Shown: positions 20,201 through 26,000 of the stretch, in pieces
Layout of the letters: each line of letters begins with the position of its first letter
Position numbering within the stretch: position 1 is the first letter of the stretch
Assembly: GCF_003668955.1 (NCBI RefSeq)
Contig: NZ_RAWO01000002.1
Span: 215,605-279,604 of the forward strand
Length of the DNA: 64,000 nucleotides
Reading direction: 5' to 3'
Source: Corallococcus sp. AB038B
GTDB taxonomy: Bacteria; Myxococcota; Myxococcia; Myxococcales; Myxococcaceae
The notes under the pieces: model-generated
Told to the model about the DNA's origin: nothing
The model's database searches: none
The model's input: the letters and a program-made list of their open reading frames with translations, nothing else
Translations under genes and position numbers: made by a program

Positions 20201-23047
20201 CCGCGCGATGCTTCCACCAAGCGCGTTCGCATCCTCCATCACCAGCCAGCGCTGATCATCGAAGCGGGGGACGGGAGCGCCCGCGATGCGCTGCCACGTG
20301 GGCACCGCGCACTCGAGCGCGGGGGGGACGTCCTCGCGGGGGACCTCGGACACGGCGAAGGCCGGAAGCCGGGCACCTGGAACAGACGCGACCGCGAGCA
20401 GGTCGAAGCGCTCCCGCTGGAAGGGGTAGGGCGGCAGCGGAACGCGGCGGCGGGGCTCCTTGCCGTACAGCTTCGCCAGGTCGATGGATGCACCGGCCAG
20501 CCAGAGCCGCGCGGCGGTCTCCGTCAGGTGCAGGTGGGCGTCCTGTCCGTCGCGTGGGCGTGGCAGCGACGTGAGGGCGGTGGGGGGATTGCCCGGGGGC
20601 GCGCACTGCCGGACGAACGTTCCCAGGGCCTGGCCCGGACCGACTTCCAGATAGAGCCGCTCCGTGCTCCCGAGCAGCGTGGTCGCGGCCTGCGCGAAGC
20701 GGACGGGTTCGCGCAGGTGGCGCGCCCAGGTTCGTGGATCCGTGGCCTGCGCGGCGGTGATCCACGTCCCGGTCAGGCTGGAGACGTACGGCCGCTTCGG
20801 CGGCGACAGACGGACGCGCGAAAGCTCCTGGAGGAAGCCCTCCACCATCGGCGCCACGGCCTCCGAGTGGAACGCGTGCAGGGCGCGGACTCGCCGGGTG
20901 CTCACGTCCCTGGCGGCCAGCGTCGCCTCCAGCGCCTCCAATGCCTGGATGGGCCCAGCCACCACGACCAGCGCGGGTGCGTTCACCGCCGCGACGGAAA
21001 CCCCTGGTGGCAGCAGCGGCGCGAGTGCGTCCTCTGGCAGGGACACCGACAGCATGCCGCCGGGAGGCAGCGCATCCATGAGGCGCCCGCGCGCGGCCAC
21101 CAGCGCCAGCGCGTCCGGGAGCGAGAACACGCCCGCGAGGCACGCGGCCACGTACTCGCCCGTGCTGTGGCCGACCATGGCCTCCGGCTCCACGCCGAAC
21201 GAACGCCACAGCTGCGCGAGCGCGTACTCCACCGCGAACATCGCGGGCTGCGCGAAGGTCATCCGCTCCAGCAGCGCCTCCGCCTCATTCGGTGCCTGAT
21301 CCGGAAACAGCACGGAGCGCAGGTCCTGGCCCAGGTGCGGGGTCAGCGCGTCGCGGCACGCGTCCAGATGCTTGCGGAAGACGGGCTCCGCTTCGTACAG
21401 CGCGCGGCCCATGTCCACGTGGTGGCTGCCGTGGCCTGGGAAGAGGAACACCACGGGGCGGCGAGCGTTCACGCTCGAGCCCCCCAGGTGGCGCCGTGGA
21501 TCCGCCAGCGCGGCCCGCGCATCCTCCAGGTCCCGGCAGAGCAGCGCGCGCCGGTGCTCATGCGTGCGGCGGCCCCGCTGGAGCGTGGACGCGACGTCCG
21601 CCAGCTCCAGTCCCGGCGTGCGCTCCAGGTGCGCGGCGAGCCGGGACGTGGCCTCCTCCAGCGCCCGGGGCGTGCGCGCGGACAGCGGAAGCACGTGCCA
21701 CGCGCGCCGGGTTCCGGCGGCCTTCGCGCGCGGCGGCTCCTCCAGCACCACGTGGACGTTGGTGCCCCCCAGGCCGAACGAGCTGACCCCGGCCCGGCGC
21801 TTCACCGCCCCGTCCCACGGCCTGGGCTCGGCGGTGACGAAGAAGGGGCCGCCGTCGAAGTCGATGGAGGGGTTGGGCTGCTGGAAGTGGGGCGTGGGAG
21901 GGATGACCGCGTGCTTCAGGGCCAGCACCGTCTTGAGCAGCCCCGCCACGCCCGCGGCGGAGTCCAGGTGGCCGATGTTCGCCTTCACGGTGCCCAGCAC
22001 GCAGCGCCGCGTGCCCGAGCGCGCGCCACCGAAGGCCTGGTTGAGCGCGGCGACCTCCACCGGGTCGCCCAGGGCCGTCGCCGTGCCGTGCCCCTCTACG
22101 TACTGCACGTCCTCCGGCTCCACGCCCGCGACGCCCAGCGCCTCCGCGATGGCGGCCGCCTGGCCCTCCACGCTGGGCGCGGTGAAGCCCGCCTTGGCGG
22201 AGCCGTCGTTGTTGACGGCCGACCCCAGGATGACCGCGTGGACGGTGTCCCGGTCCCGCACCGCCTCCGACAGGCGCTTGAGCACCACCACGCCCACGCC
22301 CGAGCCGAAGATGGTGCCCTGCGAACGAGCGTCGTACGCGCGGCACAGCCCGTCCGGGGAGATGATCATCCCTGGCTGGTACGCGTACCCGGCCGCCTGC
22401 GGGAACGCCACGGAGACGCCGCCCGCGAGCGCCATCTCGCACTCGCCCGACAGGAGGCTCTGACAGGCCAGGTGCACCGCCACCAGCGCGCTGGAACAGC
22501 CCGTCTGCACGGTGGCGCTCGGCCCGCGCAGGCCCAGGCGGTGCGAGGTGCGTGTGGCGACGAAGTCCTTGTCGTTGGCGAGCGACAGGTTGTACAGGCC
22601 CACCGTCTGCAACAGCTCTGGACGCCGCAGGAGCGCCTGGAACAGGTACGAGCTGGTGCTGGTGCTCGCGAAGGCGGCGATGGCCTCGGGGAAGCGCTCC
22701 GGGTCGTAGCCGGCGTCCTCCAGGGCCTCCAGCGCCGTCTCCATGAAGACGCGCTGCTGCGGATCCAGCACCTCCGCCTCGCGCGGGCTGTAGCCGAAGT
22801 ACCCCGCGTCGAAGTGCGTGGGCCCGTCCAGTGGATACGCGGCGCGCACCCAGTCCGGCCGCTCGCGCTGGGCACGGGGCACACCGGCCTGCTCCAGGTC
22901 CGCCGCGGTCAGCTCGCGCCGGGAGTGCACGCCGCGCCGGAGGTTGTCCCAGAAGGCGTCGAGCGTGGGAGCGCCCGGAAAGCGTCCCGACATGCCGACG
23001 ATGGCGATGCGCTCCACCGTGTCCGCCGTCTCCTCAGACATCCGCAT
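5231..23047 (-). CDS. Hybrid PKS-NRPS megasynthetase (5938 aa): KS-AT-KR*-ACP, then four C-A-T modules, then TE
   Basis: KS has 'TGCSSALVA' Cys184, 'EGHGTAT' and 'NIGH'. AT has 'GHSTGEY' and the malonyl-type 'HAFH'. KR-like domain is degenerate (see findings). ACP 'LGGHSLLATQ'. Four C domains carry 'HHIVSDGWS', four A domains 'YTSGSTGxPKG...NxYGPTE...GELxIGG', four PCPs 'GGHSLLA'. C-terminal TE 'GGWSLGTVIA'. ATG at 23047 overlaps the upstream NRPS gene by 14 nt. Confidence 0.95.
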   Translation of the reverse strand: MRMSEETADTVERIAIVGMSGRFPGAPTLDAFWDNLRRGVHSRRELTAADLEQAGVPRAQRERPDWVRAAYPLDGPTHFDAGYFGYSPREAEVLDPQQRVFMETALEALEDAGYDPERFPEAIAAFASTSTSSYLFQALLRRPELLQTVGLYNLSLANDKDFVATRTSHRLGLRGPSATVQTGCSSALVAVHLACQSLLSGECEMALAGGVSVAFPQAAGYAYQPGMIISPDGLCRAYDARSQGTIFGSGVGVVVLKRLSEAVRDRDTVHAVILGSAVNNDGSAKAGFTAPSVEGQAAAIAEALGVAGVEPEDVQYVEGHGTATALGDPVEVAALNQAFGGARSGTRRCVLGTVKANIGHLDSAAGVAGLLKTVLALKHAVIPPTPHFQQPNPSIDFDGGPFFVTAEPRPWDGAVKRRAGVSSFGLGGTNVHVVLEEPPRAKAAGTRRAWHVLPLSARTPRALEEATSRLAAHLERTPGLELADVASTLQRGRRTHEHRRALLCRDLEDARAALADPRRHLGGSSVNARRPVVFLFPGHGSHHVDMGRALYEAEPVFRKHLDACRDALTPHLGQDLRSVLFPDQAPNEAEALLERMTFAQPAMFAVEYALAQLWRSFGVEPEAMVGHSTGEYVAACLAGVFSLPDALALVAARGRLMDALPPGGMLSVSLPEDALAPLLPPGVSVAAVNAPALVVVAGPIQALEALEATLAARDVSTRRVRALHAFHSEAVAPMVEGFLQELSRVRLSPPKRPYVSSLTGTWITAAQATDPRTWARHLREPVRFAQAATTLLGSTERLYLEVGPGQALGTFVRQCAPPGNPPTALTSLPRPRDGQDAHLHLTETAARLWLAGASIDLAKLYGKEPRRRVPLPPYPFQRERFDLLAVASVPGARLPAFAVSEVPREDVPPALECAVPTWQRIAGAPVPRFDDQRWLVMEDANALGGSIARLMEARGADVLALGLDATWAPLEERLAAGGGPDHVAFLWPLSPEEGSGAVDRVLHGLLELARRLGPAAAARPVTLAVITCGAQDVTGEEPLRAWQATASGVCRVLSQEYPGLRCRAIDVSPPRPEEGPRWAEQLVAELGAGAPAVVALRGPHRFTESFEPVVASRTAASPLRQSGVYLIMGDLEAGGLALAEALSTTARARLVLLTDTVPQASHLERLGDLERMGAQGVLLAPMGAGDPEPLLQGLLAAEARFGAIHGVFFLPQGTAGAVRQSLADATDEAWAPVFRSRVGVLGALAGALQGRAPDFVTVCSSLTAVVGGVGRGVLAAAHASMDTFAAQQNRGPGPRWYVVDLDAWREEVIPVWLGLLAASGQGGRWWISQGPPRAEEPDAGGNSGTAPDPASGSQDTGRHPRPPLATPYVAPRGDSERRVVELWQEMLGIDALGVDDDFFELGGHSLLATQVLARVRSAFAVELPLRAFFEAPTPAKLAERVDAATAAGAPANILPPLTPVPRDGQPLPLSFSQQSLWFLDQLHPGGSAYNMPSALRMEGRVDTAALEQAFTELVRRHEALRTTFHADGGAPLQRIHPPADFRLAVMDVSSHDAPEAEAHRLAAEEQLRPFDLAAGPLLRAVRIRLAEARHVLVVTMHHIVSDGWSLGVLVREMVALYQAFASGQPSLLAPLPVQYADHAAWQRAWLRGEALESRIRWWRQQLEGTPAFLTLPTDFPRPPVASFRGDAVPVALPRALSESLAALCQAEGVTPFMALLAGFQALLSRYAGQDDVSVGSAMAGRRFAEQEALIGFFVNTLVYRTRLHADPTFRELLARVRDTTLEAHAHQDLPFEKLVEALRPERDPSRSPLFQVNFTFQNMPMGTLEAPGLRFEPIPIEGGTGRFDLTLVLTDTPRGLTGTLEYASDLFRPETARRLVTHLHVLMEGALRSPHLRLSELPLLTDAERHELLVQWNTSDADFPRDASLHTLFEAQVRSTPDARAVVFETQHLTYRQLDARANQLAHHLRALGVGPEVIVGLCVERSVEGVVGMLAILKAGGAFLCLDPAHPTARLALMLEDSGLQVLLTQDALLDVLPLSSSCVPCCFDADAAAISRRPTTPPAVEVHAGNLAYVIYTSGSTGRPKGTLLAHRGLCNSVLAAIRAHELSSESRVLQFASPTFDAAILETFAPLLAGATLVLAPRERLLPDAPLRALLTEQEITAVTLTPSVLAQLTSENLASLRTVISAGEALSPEIARCWSEGRTLLNAYGPTEATVCASITPGPVHADAPGIGKPWPNTRLYVLDAHLRPVPVGVPGELFIGGVGLARGYLGRPDLTAGRFLPDPFGTEPGARMYRTGDRVRWRQKGDLEYLGRTDFQVKLRGFRIELGEVEAALQAHAAVLQAVALVREDAPGLPRLVAYVVANGDGPLDVAALRVFLQQRLPEYMVPATLVVLDALPLTSSGKVDRRALPSPELRASGAPGHVPPGTPTEERLAALWKPLLQVEQVGSEDHFFELGGHSLLATQLVSRIRADFGVELALQALFEAPTLAALARRLDAARPEDASRAPPLLPVPRTGALPLSFAQQRLWLIEQIEPGGTAYNIPTVLRIRGRLDRGALGRAFSGLVERHEALRTVFATQDGEPVQIIQPPTEFALPEVDLSDASDSERVRQCAEAETQRPFNLAEGPLLRALLLRVGAEEHVLVVTMHHIVSDGWSMALLVREVASLYAAFSQSRPSPLPPLSLQYADFAAWQRLWLQGDVLSRHLDFWRQQLSGAPALLELPTDRPRPAVQSSRGAWVPFHLPQPLTSSLLDFCQQQGATPFMALLALWQLLLSRYSGQLDISVGAPIAGRTRSETEGLIGFFVNTLVLRSHVEPRSSFRQLLAQVRATTLSAFEHQHLPFEKLVEELQPQRSLRHSPLFQVMFTLRNTPDAAIQVEGGASALELSPVESDVVAAKFDLNLSLAETPEGLAGEILYRTDLFDAATITRMGEHLRTLTETALAAPDAPVGDLSLLSAGERAQVMEGFNATEDAFVAPCPLHTLIEEQAARHPERPAVACAGEVLTYGALDTRANQLAWRLRSLGVRPETRVGLCLERSVDMVVALLGVWKAGGAYVPLEPSQPAQRLRALVEEIAAPVVVTASRHAEAFTSLAAHVVRMDTDAQVLAAQPREAPVHGATARSLAYVLFTSGSTGRPKGVAVEHAQLFQYVRAATERLRLEECASFALLSTFAADLGNTVLFPALCTGGLLHVLPQELASSPAEVAAYFQRHAVDCMKIVPSHLAALLTAAEPRHILPRKKLVLGGESSSPALLEQLRALAPDCELFNHYGPTETTVGVIAGPVEVRPQAPVPLGQALAYTRLYVLDERLRPVPVGVPGELFIGGAQVTRGYLGRPELTAERYLPDVHSPVPGARMYRSGDRVRWLPDGRVEFIGRADFQVKVRGFRVEPGEVTAALSEHPAVREAWVVAREDMPGDTRLVAYVVSAAEPVSAGELRAFLQERLPAYMVPAAFVYLEAMPLTSNGKLDRKALPGPEETTREATFIAPRTPTEERLAALWAGLLRTERISVEEDFFALGGHSLLATQVVSRVRQTFEVELPVRALFEAPTVAALAARIDSAARTQAPALRPVPRDGDPPLSFAQQRLWFIDQLQPLSAAYHMPTFVRLVGPLDEASLRRALDELVRRHEALRTTFVQHEGQPLQRIAATAQLPLVVVEPGALPLEPQLHEEASRPFQLDAGPLARAKLWRLGSTEHVLALTLHHIVSDGWSMGVLVREVAALYEAFSQGRPSPLPPLPVQYADYAVWQRQWLQGDVLQAQLDYWKQQLSGAAPLELPTDKPRPPVQSSNGAQVPVVLPAEASSRIKALGLQEGVTPFMLLLSAFQVLLSRYSGQQDVTVGSPIAGRQRGELEDLIGFFVNTLVLRARVAPDLSFRALLAQVKETALGAYAHQDVPFERLVEELHPTRDMSRAPLFQVLFSLQGVPGTEPLQSQALSLHPLEADTATSKFELQLILSDTPEGFRGTLAFNTDLFDASTASRMATHFGRLVDALLTRPDAPLASVSMLREDERRQVLVEWNTTASDYPRDASIHSLFHEQSLRTPDAVAVEAAGATLTYRQLDARANQLARFLLTLGLGPEPRIGVCLHRNVDLVVGLLGILKAGGCYVPLDPSYPPQRLAFLLADSDVAAVLTQQSLTPVLPKSSRPVVCLDSDGERIARQPVEAPHAPVRADQLAYVTYTSGSTGTPKGVAIPHRGVVRLLIGSRFVKLGPAEIVLQLAPLAFDASTLEIWGALLHGGRLVLFPQAVPSLEELGQALLRHRVSVLWLTAALFDQMQQEQPQALAAVAQLLAGGDVLPVPRVRERLAQSRGLVNGYGPTESTTFTTCHVMAPGDAVGSSVPIGRPIANTQVYVLDAAMQPVPVGVPGELYIGGDGLARGYLGRPALTAERFVPHPFAASPGERLYRSGDRVCWSEDGTLRFLGRMDFQVKLRGFRIEPGEVEAVLREHADVTEATVLVREDVPGDKRLVAYVVPPELDTARLRDHLRQRLPEYLVPSAFVAMKALPLSAHGKVDRKALPAPEAPRGSATREPPRNALETQLVSLWEKVLGREGIGIHDHFFELGGHSLLATQLVSRIRSALEVELPVRALFEAPTVAALAARIDSAARTQAPALRPVPRDGDLPLSFAQQRLWFIDQLQPLSAAYHMPTFVRLVGPLDEASLRSALDELVRRHEALRTTFVQHEGQPLQRISATAHLPLVVVEPGALPLEPQLHEEASRPFQLDSGPLARAKLWRLGSTEHVLALTLHHIVSDGWSMGVLVREVAALYEAFSQGRPSPLPPLPVQYADYAVWQRQWLQGDVLQAQLEYWKQQLSGAAPLELPTDKPRPLVQSSNGAQVPVVLPAETSRQLKALSLQEGVTPFMLLLGSFQVLLSRYSGQEDVTVGSPIAGRQRGELEGLIGFFVNTLALRIQVDGQKSFVHLLRQVKETALGAYAHQDVPFERLVEELHPTRDMSRAPLFQVLFALQNAPAAPIREQALSLHPMDVDGSTSKFELQLILSDTPEGFQGALGFNTDLFEVSTASRMAAHFGLLVDALLARLDAPLASVSMLGEDERRQVLVEWNNTEASYPQDSTLPEVFAQVVARFPEKLALECGVARLTYRQLDAQANRLAHHLRGLGVTTDSRVAIALDRSLELVVGLLAILKAGGAYVPLDPSYPRERLAAMVEDARPRVLLTSRALLAKLPESLSTVVLEDVALEGLPTHAPAPSALPLSLAYIDFTSGSSGRPKGVGTPHRAVLRTLFSTGLTHFGPDASFLLLAPISFDASTFEIWGALLHGSRLVIAPPSPPSLEELGALIQRASITTLWLTSGLFSQMVDGHIEGLRPLKHLLTGGDVVSLPHARRVLDSLQLPVTNGYGPTESTVFATAFHLRDTTFPGASLPIGKPLANTRVYILDAHGIPLPVGLPGELFIGGDGLARGYLEQPALTAERFLPDAFSSTPGARLYRTGDKARWRPDGSLEFLGRLDSQVKLRGFRIELPEVEAALLIHPDVHQAAVLLREDVPGDKRLVAYVTAPDTLSAASLRAFLLRHLPEYMVPSAFVHLDALPLTAQAKLDRRALPPPDARATSDYVAPRTPTEALLATLWAELLHKEQVGIHDDFFASGGHSLLAVRMAASIRARTGKSLPLAALFQAPTVEQLAAVLDGGPAPTSSLVVIQRGGTRPPFFCVHPAGGNVLAFADLARRLGPEQPVYGLQAQGLDGRLPPLDSIDAMARHYVAALRSAQPHGPYRLGGWSLGTVIAAEMARHLHQAGEAVELLALIEPSPAHAAMEDDDSELALHFALDLARLAGLPPRLPAEVIEGGPEALLHHLYAEGQRTGLFSAESGLEELRILLRVFTANVRARARHTLTPLPVPLTLIVGADSGNPDARGWDALTPRLDVIPVPGDHYTLLHPPQVEGLARVLAPLLEHAAPARAHLPAAPVQPDEPPSPPSRVGGETP
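5234..6103 (-). other. Type I thioesterase (TE) release domain (aa ~5649-5938)
   Basis: 'GGWSLGTVIAAE' GxSxG nucleophile elbow, C-terminal 290 aa, downstream 'GDHYTLL' His region. Confidence 0.7.
6128..9202 (-). other. NRPS module 4 (C-A-T; aa ~4616-5640), A-domain code D-A-F-W-L-G-G-V (Val/Ile-like)
   Basis: 'FDASTFEIW', 'TTLWLTSGLF', 'LLTGGD', 'NGYGPTESTV'. Confidence 0.55.
7948..9307 (-). repeat. Intragenic direct repeat copy A (PCP3 C-terminus + C4 domain)
   Basis: aa 4581-4841 are nearly identical to aa 3537-3797, and similarity continues to aa ~5034. The same duplication shows in the out-of-frame shadow ORFs 8497-9084 versus 11590-12216 and 8210-8905 versus 11342-12030. Confidence 0.8.
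9263..12346 (-). other. NRPS module 3 (C-A-T; aa ~3568-4595), A-domain code D-A-L-W-L-G-G-T (Val-like)
   Basis: 'FDASTLEIW', 'VLWLTAALF', 'LLAGGD', 'NGYGPTESTT'. Confidence 0.55.
11080..12439 (-). repeat. Intragenic direct repeat copy B (PCP2 C-terminus + C3 domain)
   Basis: Partner of copy A. Offset is exactly 3132 bp (1044 codons), one module length. Confidence 0.8.
12398..15505 (-). other. NRPS module 2 (C-A-T; aa ~2515-3550), A-domain code D-L-T-K-V-G-H-V (Asp-like)
   Basis: A4 motif region 'STFAADLGNTV' has a 2-aa insertion, but the code matches the canonical Asp code DLTKVGHI. 'NHYGPTETTV'. Confidence 0.55.
15563..18652 (-). other. NRPS module 1 (C-A-T; aa ~1466-2495), A-domain code D-A-L-T-I-A-A-V (aromatic-like)
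   Basis: Stachelhaus positions read by aligning to GrsA motifs A4 'FDAAILETF' through A5 'NAYGPTEATV'. Confidence 0.55.
18728..23047 (-). other. PKS module KS-AT-KR*-ACP (approximate boundaries; aa 1-1440)
   Basis: Residue counting of the translated ORF: KS aa ~13-436, AT ~531-830, KR-like ~1100-1300, ACP Ser ~1405. Boundaries +/- 30 bp. Confidence 0.7.
19178..19270 (-). other. Degenerate KR active-site segment ('GVGRGVLAAAHASMDTFA' in place of 'GQxNYAAANAFLDALA')
   Basis: Alignment of aa 1260-1290 to the canonical KR motif: catalytic Tyr becomes Leu, Asn becomes His. The NADPH-binding Gly motif is also atypical ('MGDLEAGGLALA'). Confidence 0.5.
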
Positions 23048-26000
23048 CCCCGTCCAGCTCCAGGTCCGCGTCGTCGTCCGAGTCCCGCGCGGGTGCGGCC
23101 ACCGTCTTGCGAGCGAAGGCCTGTCGCCGGCGAGACCGGTCGCGTCCGGACTTCGCCCCGCTGTCGGATCCGCCGCCCTGCGCCAGGCGTTCCGCCAGGG
23201 CCCGGACCGTGGAGTGCTGGAAGAGCACCGTCAGCGGCAGCTCCACGCCCAGCTCCGCGCGCAGCCGCTGGTGCAGCCGCAGCGCGAGCAGCGAGTTGCC
23301 GCCCAGCTCGAAGAACGGATCATCCAGGCCCACGCGCTCCACCTGGAGCACGTCGCTCCAGAGCCGGGCCAGTTGCTCCTCCCGCTCCGTGCGCGGAGCC
23401 TCGAACGTTCGCCCCGATTCCAGCTGACCCGCAGTGGGTGGCGGAAGCGCGCGCACGTCCAGCTTGCCGTTGGCGGTGAGGGGGAACGCGGGCACGGAGA
23501 CGAAGGCGGAGGGCACCATGTGCGGCGGGAGCCGCTCCAGGAGGAACGCGTGCAGCGCCGTCGCGGTGGGTGGTTGTCCCGCCGTGGCCGGGACGAGCCA
23601 CGCGACGAGCCGCTGGCCCCCCGCGGGCGTGTCCTGGATGAGCACGGCGGCCTCTTCCACCGAGGCGTGCTGGCGGAGCGCCGCCTCGATTTCCCCCAGC
23701 TCGATGCGGAAGCCCCGCAGCTTCACCTGTCCATCGAGCCGGCCCAGGAACTCCAGCTCCCCGTCCTGCCGCCAGCGCACGCGGTCTCCCGTGCGGTAGA
23801 GGCGCGCGCCCGGCTCGGACGCGTACGGATCCGGCACGAAGCGCTCGGCCGTGGTGCCCGGCAGGTTCAGGTAACCCCGCGCGAGGCCCACGCCGCCCAC
23901 GCACAGCTCTCCGGGGACTCCCACTGGCACCGGCGACAGCCGCGCGTCCAGCACGTACACGCGCACATTGGGGATGGGGCGGCCCAGCGGCGGCGCGCGG
24001 CCCTCCGGCCGGACCTCCGTCGCGGTGGCTGTCACCGTCACCTCCGTGGGCCCGTAACCGTTGATGAAGCGGCGGCCCTCGCCCCAGCGCGACACCAGCT
24101 CCGCGGTGCATGCCTCGCCACCGGAGAAGACGGTGCGCAGCGAGGGCAGGCCCGTGGCGTCGGTGGCCGCGAGCGCAGTGGGCGTGGCGTTGAGCACGGT
24201 GATGGCCTGTTGCTTCAGCAGCTGGTGCAGCGGCTCGCCGGGCATCAGTCGCTCCACCGGCGCCAGGCACAAGGTGCCGCCGGCCGTGAGGGTGGCGAAG
24301 ATCTCCTCCACGGACACATCGAAGCCGGGATTGGAGAACTGGAGCACGCGCGAGGCCGGGCCCAGCTCGCTGACGCGCGCCTCGTGCACCACCAGGTTGC
24401 AGGCCGCGCGGTGCGTGGCCACGACGCCCTTGGGCTGGCCCGTGGAGCCAGAGGTGTAGATGACGTACGCGGGGCCGTCCGGCAGGGGCGCTCCAGGGGG
24501 CGCCCGCGAGGTGTCCGCATCCGGCACCCCATCCTCGAAGCACACCGTGCGCGCGCCCGGAGCGGAGGGCAGTCCCGCGAGCAGGGTCCGGTGGGCCAGC
24601 AGCACCTTCACGGCGGAGTCCTGGAGCATGAAGGCCAGCCGCGCCGCGGGATAGGTGGGATCCAACGGGACATAGGCACCGCCCGCCTTGAGCGTCGCGA
24701 GCATGCCCACCACCATGTCGAACGAGCGCGCGGCGCACAGCCCCACGTACGCCTCCGGCCCCACGCCCAACCCGCGCAGGTGCCAGGCCCACTGGTTGGC
24801 GCGCGCATCCAGCTGCCGGTAGCTCAGCGATTGGCCCTCGAAGGTGAGCGCGGGCGCGTAGGGCGTGCGGTGCGCCTGGGCTTCGAAGAGGGTGTGCAGA
24901 CCGTCCTCTTGGGGGTAGGGCGCGGAAGTGCCGCTCCACGCCCCCAGCAACTGTTCGCGCTCGTTTGGGGTGAGCAGGGGCAGCCGAGACAGGCGCTCGT
25001 GCGGCGTGGCCAGTGCTCCCTCCAGAAGGCGGATCAGGTGCGCCAACATCCGGCGGACGGTGCCGGGTTCGAACAGGTCCGTGGGGTACTCCGCGGTGAG
25101 GCGCAGTCCCTGGGGCAGGTCCTCGGCGATGAGCGTCAGGTCGAACTGGGCGGAAGCCGTGTCCACCGGACGCGCCTCCAGTTGAAGGCCCGGCACCTCC
25201 AGGGGCGGCAGCGGTGCGTTCTGGAGGACGAACATCGCCTGGAAGAGGGGCGCGCGGCTCGGGTCGCGACCGGGCTTGAGGGCGTCCACCAGCCGCTCGA
25301 AGGGAAGCTCCTCGCGAGCGAAGGCATCGAGCGCCACCGGCTGGAGACGCGCCAGCAGCTCCCGGAAGGACGGGGCACCTGAAAGGTCCGTCCGCAGGAC
25401 GACCGTGTTGACGAACAGGCCGATGAGCCCCTCCAGCTCCGCGCGGGGGCGGTTGGCCACGGGCGTTCCGACGGCGAGGTCCTCCTGACCGGTGTAGCGG
25501 TGGAGCAGGGTCTGGAACACCGCCAGCAGGGTGACGAACAGCGTGCGGCCTTCCTTGCGGGCGAACGCCTTGAGGTCCGCGGTGAGCGCGGTGGGCAGTT
25601 CCACCGCTTCGCGCGCGCCGCGAGTGCCCAGCACCGCCGGACGCGGCTTGTCCGTGGGCAGCTCCAGCAACGCGTGGGGGTCGATGCGCTCGCGCCACCA
25701 GGCGAGCCGTGCATCCGCCTCTTCGCCCTGCTGGGCCCGACGCTGCCAGCTGGCGTAGTCGCCGTACTGCAGCGGAAGCGGCGGCAGCTCGGGAGCCTTG
25801 CCCTCCTGGAAGGCCGCGTAGAGCGCCGTCAACTCGCGGACGACGACGCCCATGGACCAGGCGTCTGACACCCCGTGGTGCATGGCGAAGAGGAGCAGGT
25901 GCTCGCGCGCGGACAGCTGGAAGAGGCGCGCCCGGAACAGCGGACCCCGTTCCAGGTCGAAGGGCTCACGGGCCACCTCCGCGACGCGCTGGACGGCCCG

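Noticed and set aside
18599-23479. 1626-aa plus-strand ORF, and similar long plus-strand ORFs at 5222-6235, 8915-11140, 11240-13684, 16739-18532, 22818-25382, 23320-25698
   Set aside because: All lie antisense to, or out of frame within, the NRPS/PKS genes, whose domain homology is unambiguous. The translations are Arg/Ala/Gly/Pro-rich low-complexity sequence typical of GC-rich shadow frames.
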